Below, in pieces: positions 33,241-43,999 of a DNA stretch of 64,000 nt (position 1 is its first letter; each line of letters opens with the position of its first letter). Source of the DNA: Camelus dromedarius (lineage: Eukaryota); contig NC_087438.1 in the NCBI RefSeq assembly GCF_036321535.1, positions 79,980,001 through 80,044,000 on the forward strand, written 5' to 3'. Position numbers and translations under genes: made by a program. The notes beneath the pieces are model-generated. The model did no database searches. It saw nothing but the letters and a program-made list of their open reading frames with translations, and had not been told where the DNA came from.

Positions 33241-33640
33241 TGCTGAGGCAGAAGGGAAGGGAGCGGGGCACAACCATTGAAGGAATAACACAGCAATTAA
33301 ACTGGTTAGAACCAAGATGGTGGAAGATCTGACTTCCAGAAGACCTTGAGCCTCACGGCACACCCACAGGTGCCCTGACAGCTGACCAGAAAAGGTCAAA
33401 AAGTGGGCAGTGGGGCCCGAATCATGGAAATCCCCGCCCCTTCCCCCAAAGAGTTGGAATAATCCTCCCACTCATTAGCATATGGAATGACCCAGCCCAT
33501 AAAACCTAACGACACCACACCTCCTGGTCGCTTTCCCTCTTGCCTCTAAGACGGCCTGAGTGTGTATCTCCCTGAATAAACTTACTTTCACTTTGCTATG
33601 CCTCACTCTTAAGTTCTTTCCTGGGCGAGAACCTATTCTC
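33241..33640 (+). mobile_element. ERV1 LTR, MER41-like laurasiatherian family
   Basis: Starts TGCTGAGGCAGAAGGGAAGG. Contains CCAAGATGG, GGAAATCCCCGCCCCTTCCCC, TTGGAATAATCCTCCCACTCATTAGC, TATA-like CCCATAAAA and AATAAA. The 3' end appears shortened and no TSD was found. Confidence 0.75.
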
Positions 33641-34534
33641 CAGTCACAAAGCTACTCCTTCCTACGATGCTGTCCAGTTTCTTGCCGAAAAAGATGATTG
33701 CTCTGAACTTTTTGCCGCTGGCCTGAGATCCTTTGTTCCTAATTCCTGAGTAGCTGTTTTGGGGGGGATTCAGGATGGGATGAAGAGGAGAAATGTTATT
33801 AGGTTGTCCACTGGAGTGCTGCTCGGGGACCCCATTGCTATGGACACCAAGGAGCCAGATAGAGGCAATTGTGGGCGGAAGCAGGGGCTGCGTTGGGGGG
33901 TGGGAGGGCGAGGGGGCAGTCAGGGGCTGTGTTTGAGCACAGGGGCCTTGGGGAATGAAGGGACAGCACAGTAAGTCTGCCCAGACCCTGCAAGCTTGCT
34001 CTGCGAACCCAAACCAAAGGAAAGGGAATTTGTGGTTCTTGAGCTGGCCCTGTAGGTACTGGACACTACTTAATCCTCACAGAAAGTTGAGCCCTATGAG
34101 GAACTGATGCCAAAGAGAGGAAATCCCATTCCTGAGGCCACACAGAAGATACGAGCCTCAAATTCAAACTCGGGCTGGCTGATTCCAAACTGGTACCCTC
34201 TCCACCACTGCAAGCCCTCTGCAAGGAGAAGGCACCCCTCTCACATGCCATTCACAGCAGGACCAGTGATGTTGTCCTAGGACACAGTGGATGAAGACTG
34301 GACTCCCTGCTGCCTTTCTGTCTTTCGGGGGCTTGTCTCTGGTTGCCAATTTGTATTGACTCATCTTCTGGTGTTTCTCAGGCAACTCAGCCAGCCCGTT
34401 CATTGTCATGCCCTGGGACCATGACAGGACCTTAGAGATGCACAGGAGACTGGTGAAAAGCTGCATTTCCCAGATTGAGGTTCATTGTTAAGCTGTTAAA
34501 TTAATTCCCAAATATAAGTGATAGTGCTTGGCGT

Positions 34535-34570
34535 GGTTCTCCCAGGTTCTCCCAGGTTTTCCCCGGTTTC
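34535..34570. repeat. 10-bp tandem repeat (GGTTCTCCCA)x3.6, degenerate
   Basis: GGTTCTCCCA GGTTCTCCCA GGTTTTCCCC GGTTTC. Confidence 0.8.
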
Positions 34571-35324
34571 AGCAATGTGGCTCCCCCTCCAGCTCTCCCT
34601 GTGAGTGCCTTAGGTCTGCAGCTCTGGTCAGCTCTGAGGAACGCTTCACAGAGGATGCCGGCAGCACTCAAGGGGTGTCGGGGGGTCAGATCTACAGAGA
34701 TTGCGACCTCCTCTGGCCTGGTCGTGGAGGTCAGGCAGATCTTTGGGCTGTCAAGACCATCTCTGGAGTCTGAGGCCTGAAACTGAGGCTCCTGCAGGAC
34801 CCTGGGACACGTTCCTTTCCAGGCAGACCACGACGTCCATCCGGCATCAATTCTGTAACAAAGGGAGCATGGATAGGAAAGAGGAAAAGACAGTCCTTGT
34901 GGGTCAAAGGCTTGGGAGAGGGGTGAGGAGCCTGCTCAGGTCTCATGCAAGGCTTCGGAAATGGGAAACAAACAGAGCTGGGTGATCATTTCCACCATGG
35001 AGATGCAGGACAGTTGATGTCTGCTTCGGGTTGGTTTGGCTTTTTAAATAGAACACTTCCGCTGCTAATAAGCTGGCAGAGCTCTGTTCCTCTCTTTACA
35101 AGAGGGTTCAGATGATATAGTTCTATCAACACTTTACTGTTTTTTTTTTTTCAACTGGAGCTTTTTCATCTCCTCACACCTCGCTGCTACCGATTTATTC
35201 TTCATATTCACTCCCTTCTCTCCCACCTCCTTGTTTGCATCAGTGTTTAGGTCCTTCTAAAAAGCTTCGTGCAGACCTGCTGCTATTGATGGAGGACTTA
35301 TCTTCCTAGCAACTTTAGGTGTAC

Positions 35325-35452
35325 AGCTCTAATTTACAAATGAGAAAACAAGCACAGAGAGGTTCAGCAAGTTGCTCAAGGTCACACAGCTTCTTATAAG
35401 TGGTGGATCTGGGATTTGAGTTTAGGTCTGTCTGACCCCAAAGGCTGTGCTC
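35325..35452 (-). mobile_element. MIR SINE
   Basis: TTTACAAATGAGAAAACAAGCACAGAGAGGTTCAGCAAGTTGCTCAAGGTCACACAGCT. Confidence 0.85.
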
Positions 35453-36799
35453 CCGGCACTGTCCTGCTCTGTGAGGTAAGAGGCAGCTCTTCCATCTCAC
35501 TTGAGTGTCTGTGATGTTGGTGGAGGGGGCACGAGCCCTGCCTTCAACTGCTGCTCCCAGGGAGTGGCAGGACCACACTGCTGTGGGCTCCAGGTGTTTG
35601 CTTTTGGCCGGAGCTCCTCCGACCTGCCTGATTCTCCAAGCAGCCCTCAGGGAGCCTCCCTCCTCCCCCAGGGAGGCAGCTGCTATTTCCAGCTCAGTGA
35701 TTTGAGCAGGGCTCCCGAAGAAAGAGTTATTGCAAACCTGGCCTTTACTCCACCCTCTTCCAGTGAGTACTACTCCTGGCTCTAGCTGGAGGTCTAGATC
35801 GCAAGATAAGGAAAGAGCTGGGTCAGCTTTCTGGTCACTTCTTGGCCCTGAGCGCTCATGTTTTTACAGCAGCCACAGGCCCTACATCCTTCCTGGAGAC
35901 TCTGGGGTGGAACACAAGCAAACTCACCTCTTCCCACTTTCCCATCCCCAATCAGACGGCTGTCTTGATTTGCTGTGCTCGGAGCCTCCCTTCGCTGGGC
36001 AGGGGCTTCCATGACACCCTGCTGAGAAGAGGATGGTCTCCTGGAGATGTGTGGCAGGCGGGCTCCTGGGCCCTTGGCTCACCTACGGCCTCTTTAGCCC
36101 TGTTTGCTTTGTCTAATTGTGTTTTCTCTGCTACTTTGTCTGAGTACAGATTTCCCCTCGACCTTGTCCAAAGTGCATCTGGTACCCATTTGACCGGGGA
36201 GGGTGCAGAAGCAGGGTGGTTAATTGAATGCTTGGCACCAGGCTGCACTAAGTAAACTGAGGAGAAAGACAAGGACTGCGAGAGCTTGGAGAATGTGGTG
36301 GTTTGGAGCTTTTCAACAGAGCAGAGATCCTGCAACCTTCATCCTCCGCCTGTTTTCTGTCCAGAAATAGAGCCTTGAGAAGCTCAAGGGGAGGATGTTA
36401 ATGTGATTCTGAAACTGGACTGCAACTCCCGCTTCAGTGGAAGCTCCACAGCGGCCCATTTTCTTTCACAGGGCCCATGGCTTCTGGGCGGGTGGCCAGG
36501 GTCCCACAAGGCCCTGCTTGCTGGGAGGGGAGAAGGAGCAGGCTAGAGAAGATCACCTGCGTCTCTCTTCTTGCTTTCATCTACTTTGGACTTGGGCCTC
36601 TGGTTCTGCAGCAGGAATTTTGGCTCTGGACCCTGGTCTGTTTCCAGGATGCCGAGAAATGAGGCAGTACCACTTGGAACCCCCGTTTCTGGCAGGGGCC
36701 CAGGGCCAGCCCAGCTGCCACAGGGGATCTCTACAGCCTGTTTACCTGCCTGTTTGTCTGTGCCTCTGACTTTGAGGGACCCAAAAGAGCATGGGCCTT

Positions 36800-36970
36800 A
36801 GGGTCACAAGGTTTGGGTTTCAAATTGGGCTCCTACTTCATGTGTGTCATCCAGTAAATGTCTATTCATTTTGGAGCCTCGGTTTCCCCACCTGTAAACT
36901 GTGAGAAACCACACTGTTCGGAAGAGTAAATGAAATGATTCAAAACACACATCAGCTCTGCACCTCTCTA
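36800..36970 (+). mobile_element. MIR SINE
   Basis: GGGTTTCAAAT...GAGCCTCGGTTTCCCCACCTGTAAA...AAATGAAATGAT. Confidence 0.75.
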
Positions 36971-37039
36971 CGGACTCCACACATACTACTTCATTCAATT
37001 CACTCAGCCCTGGGAGGAAGCAGAATCTCGTCCCCATCA

Positions 37040-37590
37040 GCATCCCTGCTTCATGGAGAGGAAACTGGGGCAGAGCTGAGACAGGCTGGGACCTGGGACC
37101 CTCTACCCGAGTGCTTGCAGCTGAGCAAAGTCTTCTCCCACAACAGAAAACAAAAAACACCATGAGGGACTGAAAATAACTGCACGCATGCGCAGTTGGG
37201 GGGTAATTACGACCAACAGGATACAAAAAGGCCACAAACCGACTGGCGTTTCTTAGGTGCCCGGAGCAAAAGCAGGGCACTGCGCATGGTCCCTGCGCAC
37301 AGCACCGATGAAGGGGTGGCGCCTCCGGCCCAACTTCCGGACCTGCCCACCTTCTTACCCCATTTTAGGCTCCAAGCCTCTCCTGCCCGGGAGCGAGCAG
37401 GGGCACCTGTTTCTTGTTTTTGCTTCCTCGTGTTGCAGCACGAGCCCCAGTGAAGCCTTGCCTGAAATTCTCTTCCGGCCTCATCAATTTGTATCGATTA
37501 AAAAGTCCAGGAGGCCATGTTGGTAACAGGGGAGCCGGCGACTTGTCCACGGCCTCACGGCCAGGAAGCGGCGGCCGTGGCAGAGCCGAG
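37040..37590 (-). mobile_element. MIR split by the ERV1 LTR (pieces about 37040-37076 and 37529-37590)
   Basis: GAGGAAACTGGGGCAGAGC, then the LTR, then GACTTGTCCACGGCCTCACGGCCAGGAAGCGGC. This follows the antisense MIR consensus GAAACTGAGGCTCAGAGAGGTTAAGTGACTTGCCCAAGGTCACACAGCTAGTAAGTGGC. Confidence 0.6.
37077..37528 (+). mobile_element. ERV1 solo LTR (cetartiodactyl type), 452 bp
   Basis: TG...CA termini (TGAGACAGGCTGGGACCTGGGACCC ... GTTGGTAACA). Internal AAAATAACTGCACGCATGCGCAGTTGGGG, GGAGCAAAAGCAGGG and AAGCCTTGCCTGAAATT. The TSD is not clean. Confidence 0.85.
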
Positions 37591-38599
37591 CCCAGCAGGC
37601 CGTGGGACCCGCAGCCTGCACACCCAGGCTGTGCCCGCCTGCCTCTAGGGAAGGGGGAAGCCCCTGGTGCCTGGTCGGGGGAGGCTCCCGCTGAACCCTG
37701 GCTCTTCCTCCTACTGCCTCGGGGAAGTTATTCCGGCTGCTCTTTAAAAAGAGGACAGCGATGTGGGGGCCAGCAAACAATACAAGAAAGAGCGTGAGGC
37801 AGGAGGAACATGCGAGGCGCTGTCACACGCAAGGTGAGTGGGGAACCAAGGAGGGGAGCAGAGGACACGGGCTGGGGCCGCCCTGGCCTGTTCCCTTGCG
37901 GGATGCTCTTGAAATCCACACAGTCGAATATTTCCAACCAGCTCTGAGGAGTTGGATAGTCAGACCTGACAGCTTGCCGGGGTGGCGGCTGCTGTCTTCC
38001 CTAAACATCTCCAGATTTCGGGCTCCTCCAGCCCATCGCTCCTGCCCCAGCTGCTTTCAAGTGGGAGCCACACGCTGCTGGTATTGGCTGCCGCCCCTGC
38101 CTCTCCCTGGTGAGAGTGAGTCTGTCATTTGGGTCCTGCCCGCAGCCCTCCCGGCCCTGCCCACACACTGTCATTGCTGTGGTATTGCTGCTCCCAGCAC
38201 AGACCAAGGTTTCCCCACGGAAGAAGGTGGCCACAGTGCTGGCTTGCTGCCCCTGTGGACTTCATCCAACCCTGCAAAGGTGCCCCAGGCTGGGTGTGGT
38301 GGGTGGGGACACTGGTGGGAAGAGAGTGACTTGAAGGAGAAAGGTGTGTTTGAAGGAATCCAGTTGTTGGTCGGTCCAAGACACTCCACTCCCAAAAGAA
38401 CAAAAGCAGAGAGCCGCAGTGGAGAAGGATGGAGGGAGAGAGGCCTCAGGGAGCAAGGCTGTGGCTGGCTGTGTCTCCGTACCCGACTCTGTACATGGTT
38501 TACACACATCTCATCAGGCTGAGCTCCCTGGGCCTTGGAGTGTTCTCGCGTGTCGCCCCACAGACCTCAGCCTCCCAGGGCCGAGGCATAGGGCTGATG

Positions 38600-38710
38600 G
38601 GGTTAGTTCCCTGCTCTGAGCTTCAGTTTCCCCTGTGAAAGCGGGAATTCTAATTCCACTCTCACATGAAAACAAGTCTAAACCACCTGACACGTAGTAG
38701 GTGCTTAAGG
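38600..38710 (+). mobile_element. MIR fragment
   Basis: CTCTGAGCTTCAGTTTCCCCTGTGAAAGCGGG...CTGACACGTAGTAGGTGCTTAA. Confidence 0.7.
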
Positions 38711-40214
38711 GAAAAAAGACCTTTGTGAAGGTGATGAAGCCGTTCTTTGGCGTCACCTCCCACTGCTATGTAGAACTTTTGGGGTCTCTCATCTTCTTGC
38801 CTCTTCTACCCAGGACCAGTGCCCTCCTAATTGCTCACGGGGCACTTGGCCCCCATTGCCGGGAGGCTGGATTGCTGCTAGCCAGCCAGTGATGGCCAGG
38901 AAGTCTATGTCTGAAGTTAGGGCATCGACAAAAGTGACTTTCAGTGCTTTCTAGCCCAATAACTATCGTAAACGGGCAGTTCATCAACCATGACCTAATA
39001 AGGGCAAGGCCTTAAGGATCAGACCTCTTGGGGATAAAGGTCTGTGTCACTGCCGAAAGCAGTCAACTTACAGCAGCTCAGTACTGGCTGAGAAAGAGGG
39101 AAATGGAGAATAGGTGATAGAAATAGATGGTGAGTATCGGTTTGCAGTGGGCTGGGGCTGGGGACCAGAGCTTGTTTGACCGACTCTCTCTCTTGCATTA
39201 AGTCCCATCAGAGGTTGCAGACTTGAATACTCAGCTGGACTTAGAGGGTCCACATCAGGTATGAAAGGTACAAGGGACATCCTTTCTGCCATCATTCACA
39301 TCCTCTCAGTCTCACTGCCTACTTTCCTGACAGTTGCAGGGACCAGTTCTGTACAGGTTTCAAAACAGCTGAACTCAGCGGCAGTGGGACACTGTCCTGC
39401 CCCAGGGCTTCCCTGAAGCTGCCATGTGAATGTCCACAGAATTCCCAGGGCACTCAGCCAGGGACTGCCGGAGATGTGGGGCAGTTAGTGGGAGGGGCCA
39501 CCCTTGCCCAATGGAAGACAGGAGCCTATGGATAAATGCTCACCCCTTTCATTCCCTGAGCAGCGAAATCTGAGCTGCGTCCCATTGGGCTCTCCAGAAA
39601 GCCCATGGAACTGATCATCGGTTGCCCGTGGGGGTGGCCAACTCACTCCTGTGTCTTTGCCTTTTCCACTTCCCCCATTTCACTCCTCACAGCCAGTCTC
39701 TGGGTCCCTGAGATCACTTCCCATATAAACTACCTTCAGTGAAGCCGATATCTCAGGCACAGTTTTTAGGGAAACTCAGGCTCAGACAGCCACATACAAA
39801 GTTTCAAGAGGACAGGGAAGTTGTGAAACAATCTTTTCACAGAATGGAAAGGTGGGCACATTAGGGAAGTAGCATAAAAGTGCCCAGTGTGCTGGGTTCC
39901 TTTCTGGAGTGTGCAGTAGTGTGTTCAAGGTCAGCCCCCAGCGTCTGTGTATTTTCTCCCACAACTTGGAGCATCTCAGGTGTAGTTACAAAGCATGTGC
40001 ATATGGATTTAATCCTGAATGGGCTTTTGCTGAGTGAATTTGATGAAAAGAGAAAAATGCATGAAAAATAAGAGAATTCACAAAGGAGTAATTACAGTGG
40101 TAAACCGTGGAATTAAGCAGTGCAAAGAAGCAAGTGAGGACACAAAGGGAATAGTTAGATAGGTAGGTAGATAGATAGAGATATATATCATCTTCGTGTA
40201 TATTTTGTATCTTT

Positions 40215-40830
40215 ACAAACAGGTAAAGGTGGTAGGGTCAATGGCTTGATACCAGAGAGTAGAGATAGGAACATAAGAGTAAGAGTGTGGCTCAGATGAT
40301 GTAGGGAATAAAGGTTGTTGGAGGTGAGGAGGTATGAAACTCAGCGGGCAAGGTATTTGAATGATTACAAGGTTAAGTTCACCAAGAATGGTGCCAGGAA
40401 TAGGGGTGGGGAGCCAGGTGCTAAAGTCATTCATGAATGCAAGAGAGTGGGTTGGGAGATAACGTACCAAGTACAGATGGCAGTAGGTAAAGTCTGGCCT
40501 GCATTTCAACAGGATCTGGGGGTTTTGAAGGGGGAGGAAAGAAAACTGAGTTGCAAGTACAATTGGACACCTACCCCTCTCTCTAGCCGTCTGGGATACA
40601 GTCACTCCTACATCCCAGCACTTAGAAATGCGAATGGAGGTGGGGCAGGAATGACCTCCACTCGAGAGGCTGCAGATGAGGTGGTATTTGCTGGGGGCAG
40701 CCAAATTTCCATTAGGGCAAGATATGAAGAGACCTTGCAAAAAAGGGCGAAAGATACAGGGCACTTGCTGATGACAGATCCCAAGTGTCAGGGTACATAG
40801 TATGTAAAGGCTGGGAACATGGACGGGGAG
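40215..40830 (-). mobile_element. L2 ORF2 endonuclease-region fossil
   Basis: The minus frame contains VRYLPTHSLAFMNDFSTWLPTPIPGTILGELNL, resembling the L2/CR1 APE motif YRPP...FLEDFSTWL...ILGDFNI. Confidence 0.75.
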
Positions 40831-40991
40831 AGAGAAGCAGAGATAATAACCTGCCTTGTAAGATTGCTGCAAATTTGAGATACAGTTTTGTGTGAAGTGG
40901 CGAGAAGAAGATAATGATGATGATATTGGTGAAACGGTGATCGCAGAAAGAGCCTGAGTTAAGGCGGAATTACGGGTGAAGCAGGACAGCA

Positions 40992-41110
40992 CAGGTCTAG
41001 GAATCAAGTGTCTTGCGTCTCATCCTGACTCCATTATCAACTAGCTGTGTGGCCTTAGACAAATCAATCGCCTTTCCTCTCTGGGTTATGGTTTCTCCAC
41101 CCAGAAAATC
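40992..41110 (+). mobile_element. MIR fragment
   Basis: AACTAGCTGTGTGGCCTTAGACAAATCA...CTCTGGGTTATGGTTTCTCCAC. Confidence 0.75.
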
Positions 41111-41124
41111 TCAGCGTCAGATAG

Positions 41125-41310
41125 CATCACTGGTGGCAGAGTGGTCATACATAAGAAATAGATGATAATTCTCTGAAATACTTTTTAAAAACATATGTAT
41201 TTGCTACCCCCTCCCCAACCCCCACCCCCAAGAGGTCATATCTCATTCTCTAGGGATAAGAACCCAGAAATGTGCATTTGGAAAAAGCCCCCAGGTGGAT
41301 TTAATAAATG
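41125..41310. mobile_element. MER5A-like hAT fragment
   Basis: CTCTAGGGATAAGAACCCAGAAATGTGCATTTGGAAAAAGCCCCCAGGTGGAT. Confidence 0.55.
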
Positions 41311-41759
41311 CCCCCACCCCCAGCCCTATTTTCTTTCTTCAGGGAATTGCTTTGCCGAGAAGCTAGTCTTTCCTCTCCCAAATGTCATCGCTCAGAAAGT
41401 GATAGTGAGAAAGATGTGGTTAGTCAGTCAGAGCCGAGTCAGAGCATTTATCAGAGGGACCAGATGCCCTGAGCTCTGCCCTTGGTGGGCAGATGGCCAA
41501 AGAACAGGCAGCAGTATTTGTACAGCTTCGTTCTTTGGGCATGTCCCCCATTCAAATGCATAAGAATGAGAACAGAATGAGCATGGCTCAGTTTTGTTGC
41601 TACTGCTTTTGGTTTTTGGCTTAATATCAGGCCACACCATGCTGTTGACCAGCCTAAGCACTGGCTACCCTTGAGGGGGGTGGCCCTTCGTGCAGTAATT
41701 GGGGGAAGTGCAGGAAGTGCGGGTCCAGTGGTGGGGAGCGAACCTAGCACACTTAGTCG

Positions 41760-41830
41760 CCCCTGTATCCCCAGCACCTAGAGATGTACCCGGCACACAG
41801 TAGGGACCCAACAAATACTCATCAAACTGA
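41760..41830 (+). mobile_element. L2 3' tail
   Basis: CTGTATCCCCAGCACCTAG...CCCGGCACACAGTAGGGACCCAACAAATA. Confidence 0.75.
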
Positions 41831-41849
41831 GTTCTAAACAGTAGTAGGC

Positions 41850-42590
41850 CAAGAAGGTGGCAATTTAGAGGAATTCATTGGTTTCCAACTGCCGGAAAGA
41901 GAATGGCTGCAGAGAACTACAGTTTGACACGGAGCCAAACTAGCATTCAAGTTGAAGGACGAGGTAAAGTCACTGACAGGCAAGGACTTGAAAGATTACC
42001 ACCTACAGACCTTCTCTGAGCAGGTAAGTTGGGTGTTTCTAGTATGAAGAAAAACGGAACTTAAGAAGGTGATCAACAAGTAGCAAGGAAGTGGTAAACT
42101 GTAAAATTCGTCGTGAAATCTAAAAAGGTTTTGATAGCACAAAGTGAAAAATTAATGTAACTAAACTAGAGCAAAAATCGCAAGTGATTTCAATGTGATC
42201 GGTTTTAGATGGAGAAGAAATTACATGCAGGCTAATACTGGAATTACACCACATCAATTAACAAGTATCAGCGATTCATAGAAAAACATACACTTAAATG
42301 TGCATTAAAATATAAAGATAATCATTTTTAAAAAAGGGATGTACAATTCCCAAACTACAGGAGGAAAAATATGCAAAATATTCAAAATCAGTTAAAACAG
42401 ATAGTAAAAAAAGGAAAACTAGCAGAGATTTTTTTTTTCTTTTTAAGTAGGATACGTGGAAAATGTCAGACTGTAAAGATGGATACATCCGATCACATTA
42501 GTAATCGTGATATATGTTAAATGAATTAAACTTCCTCTATTGGAAGACAGAGATTCACAGTTCGGGTAAAATAAACTCCAGTGTGGGTCA
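41850..42590 (+). mobile_element. Ancient L1 ORF1 C-terminus / ORF2 start fragment
   Basis: GCCAAACTAGCATTCAAGTTGAAGG...AAGGACTTGAAAGATTACCACCTACAGACC; TAAATGAATTAAACTTCCTCTATTGGAAGACAGAGATT. Confidence 0.55.
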
Positions 42591-42629
42591 TGATGTGAAA
42601 GGTTGGAAGGCGTGAGTTCAAGGGCGTGT

Positions 42630-43180
42630 ACCCAAGACTGAAATTCCTGAGTCAGAGCATATGCCTGTTTGGCTTGAGTAGTTACTGCCTCACTGCTCTC
42701 TCAATTAATTGCATTCATTTACCTTGAGAATAATTTTAGAGTTCTCATTGCCAAATCTTGGTATTGTTGGACTTTAAAAATTTTGCCAGTGTATCAGGTA
42801 TCAATTTTTTATCTCATTACTATTGTATTTTATGTTACTTTGCTTACTAATGAGACTGAGCATCTTTATATGTGTTTTTTTTTGCTGTTCCAGTTTATTA
42901 TGTGAGTGGCTTGTTCCCATCATCTGTCCACACATTAATATGTTTTGGCTTGTTCTTATTGATTTGTAGAATTTCTTTATAAACTTGGACAGTAACCTTT
43001 TGTCAGTCATATGTGTTACAGTATCTTCTCCTTGACTTTGGTTTGTCTTTTCATTTTGTTTATGTTATTTTTTTTTGAAATATACAAGTTTTTACAGCTT
43101 GCAATCAAATTTTATGGATTACTCTTACTGCGACTTGTTTAAAAAGTCCTTTTGTACTTTAAAGTCATAACCAGTTTCCA
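42630..43180 (-). mobile_element. L1M fragment
   Basis: CTAATGAGACTGAGCATCTTTATATGTG...CCTTTTGTCAGTCATATGTGTTACAGTATCTTCTCC. Confidence 0.7.
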
Positions 43181-43194
43181 ATCAGCCCAAATAT

Positions 43195-43325
43195 GCTGTT
43201 TTGTTTTGGGGGGGAGGTAATTAGTTTATTTGTTTATTTATTTACATAATGACAGTACTGGGGATTGAACCTAGGACCTTGTGCATGCTAAACACACACT
43301 CTACCACTAAGCTATACCCTTCCCC
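43195..43325 (-). mobile_element. Camelid tRNA-derived SINE (Vic-1/ALPINE-like) with 12-bp TSD
   Basis: Minus strand GGGGAAGGGTATAGCTTAGTGGTAGAG...AGCATGCACAAGGTCCTAGGTTCAATCCCCAGTAC (A and B boxes) with an A-rich tail and CCTCCCCCCC. Identical CAGCCCAAATAT at 43183-43194 and 43326-43337. Confidence 0.9.
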
Positions 43326-43339
43326 CAGCCCAAATATTA

Positions 43340-43590
43340 CTTCCTTAGGAAAGTCTTCACAAATTCCTCAAAATAGATCAGATCCCATTGTTATGTGCTC
43401 TTATGATACTGTTTTCTCTCTTTTATTACACTTATCCCAGCTGCAATTATACATTTATTTGTGTGATTGACAAAGTCTGAATCTTCCACTGCAAGGTGAG
43501 CTCCATGAGGTGTCAGATCATGTCTTACACTTTCCCTTTCATTATAATATCTCCAGGGTTTTACTTAGTTCCTGTCATATAATAGCTAAT
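43340..43590 (+). mobile_element. L2 3' end
   Basis: GTGAGCTCCATGAGG...CATGTCTT...TCTCCAGGG...AGTTCCTGTCATATAATAG. Confidence 0.7.
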
Positions 43591-43770
43591 GTTAATTGAG
43601 TTCTTCCTGCATGTAAGCATTTGTCCAGGACTTTACTCGTACTCATCTAATACTCATGACAAACACATGATGCAGGTACTACATTAGCCACATTTTAATG
43701 GCGTGAAAACTGGGCACAGAGAAGCTGAGAAGCATATTCAGCGTCACACAGCTAGTAGATAGCAGAGTTA
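43591..43770 (-). mobile_element. MIR SINE
   Basis: CATTTTAATGGCGTGAAAACTGGGCACAGAGAAG...GTCACACAGCTAGTAGATAGCAGAG. Confidence 0.75.
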
Positions 43771-43999
43771 ACATTCTCTCAAATACTCATGGAACAATAA
43801 CAAAATTAACAAGAATGTAGTATCTATTATGATTCAAAGACAATCTTAATCAATATTAAAAAGCTGATTGTATTTAAACAAGTTTACTGGCCAAATGCAG
43901 TAAAAGTATAAACTAATGACAGAAGAAGGGCAACCCCCCCACACACATTTTTGTTGTTGTCCTTGTTGTTCTTCTAAGTATGATTTACGTAGTTAGACG

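Noticed and set aside
37761-38522. 253-aa ATG-initiated ORF on the + strand
   Set aside because: No recognisable domain, composition typical of GC-rich non-coding frames, and overlapped by many similar ORFs on both strands. Long stop-free frames are expected at this GC level.
42021-42029. Perfect donor CAG|GTAAGT
   Set aside because: Lies within an old L1 fragment with no convincing upstream acceptor.
43195-43325. tRNA-like sequence with A and B boxes
   Set aside because: It has an A-rich tail, a TSD and a degenerate cloverleaf, so it is a SINE and not a tRNA gene.
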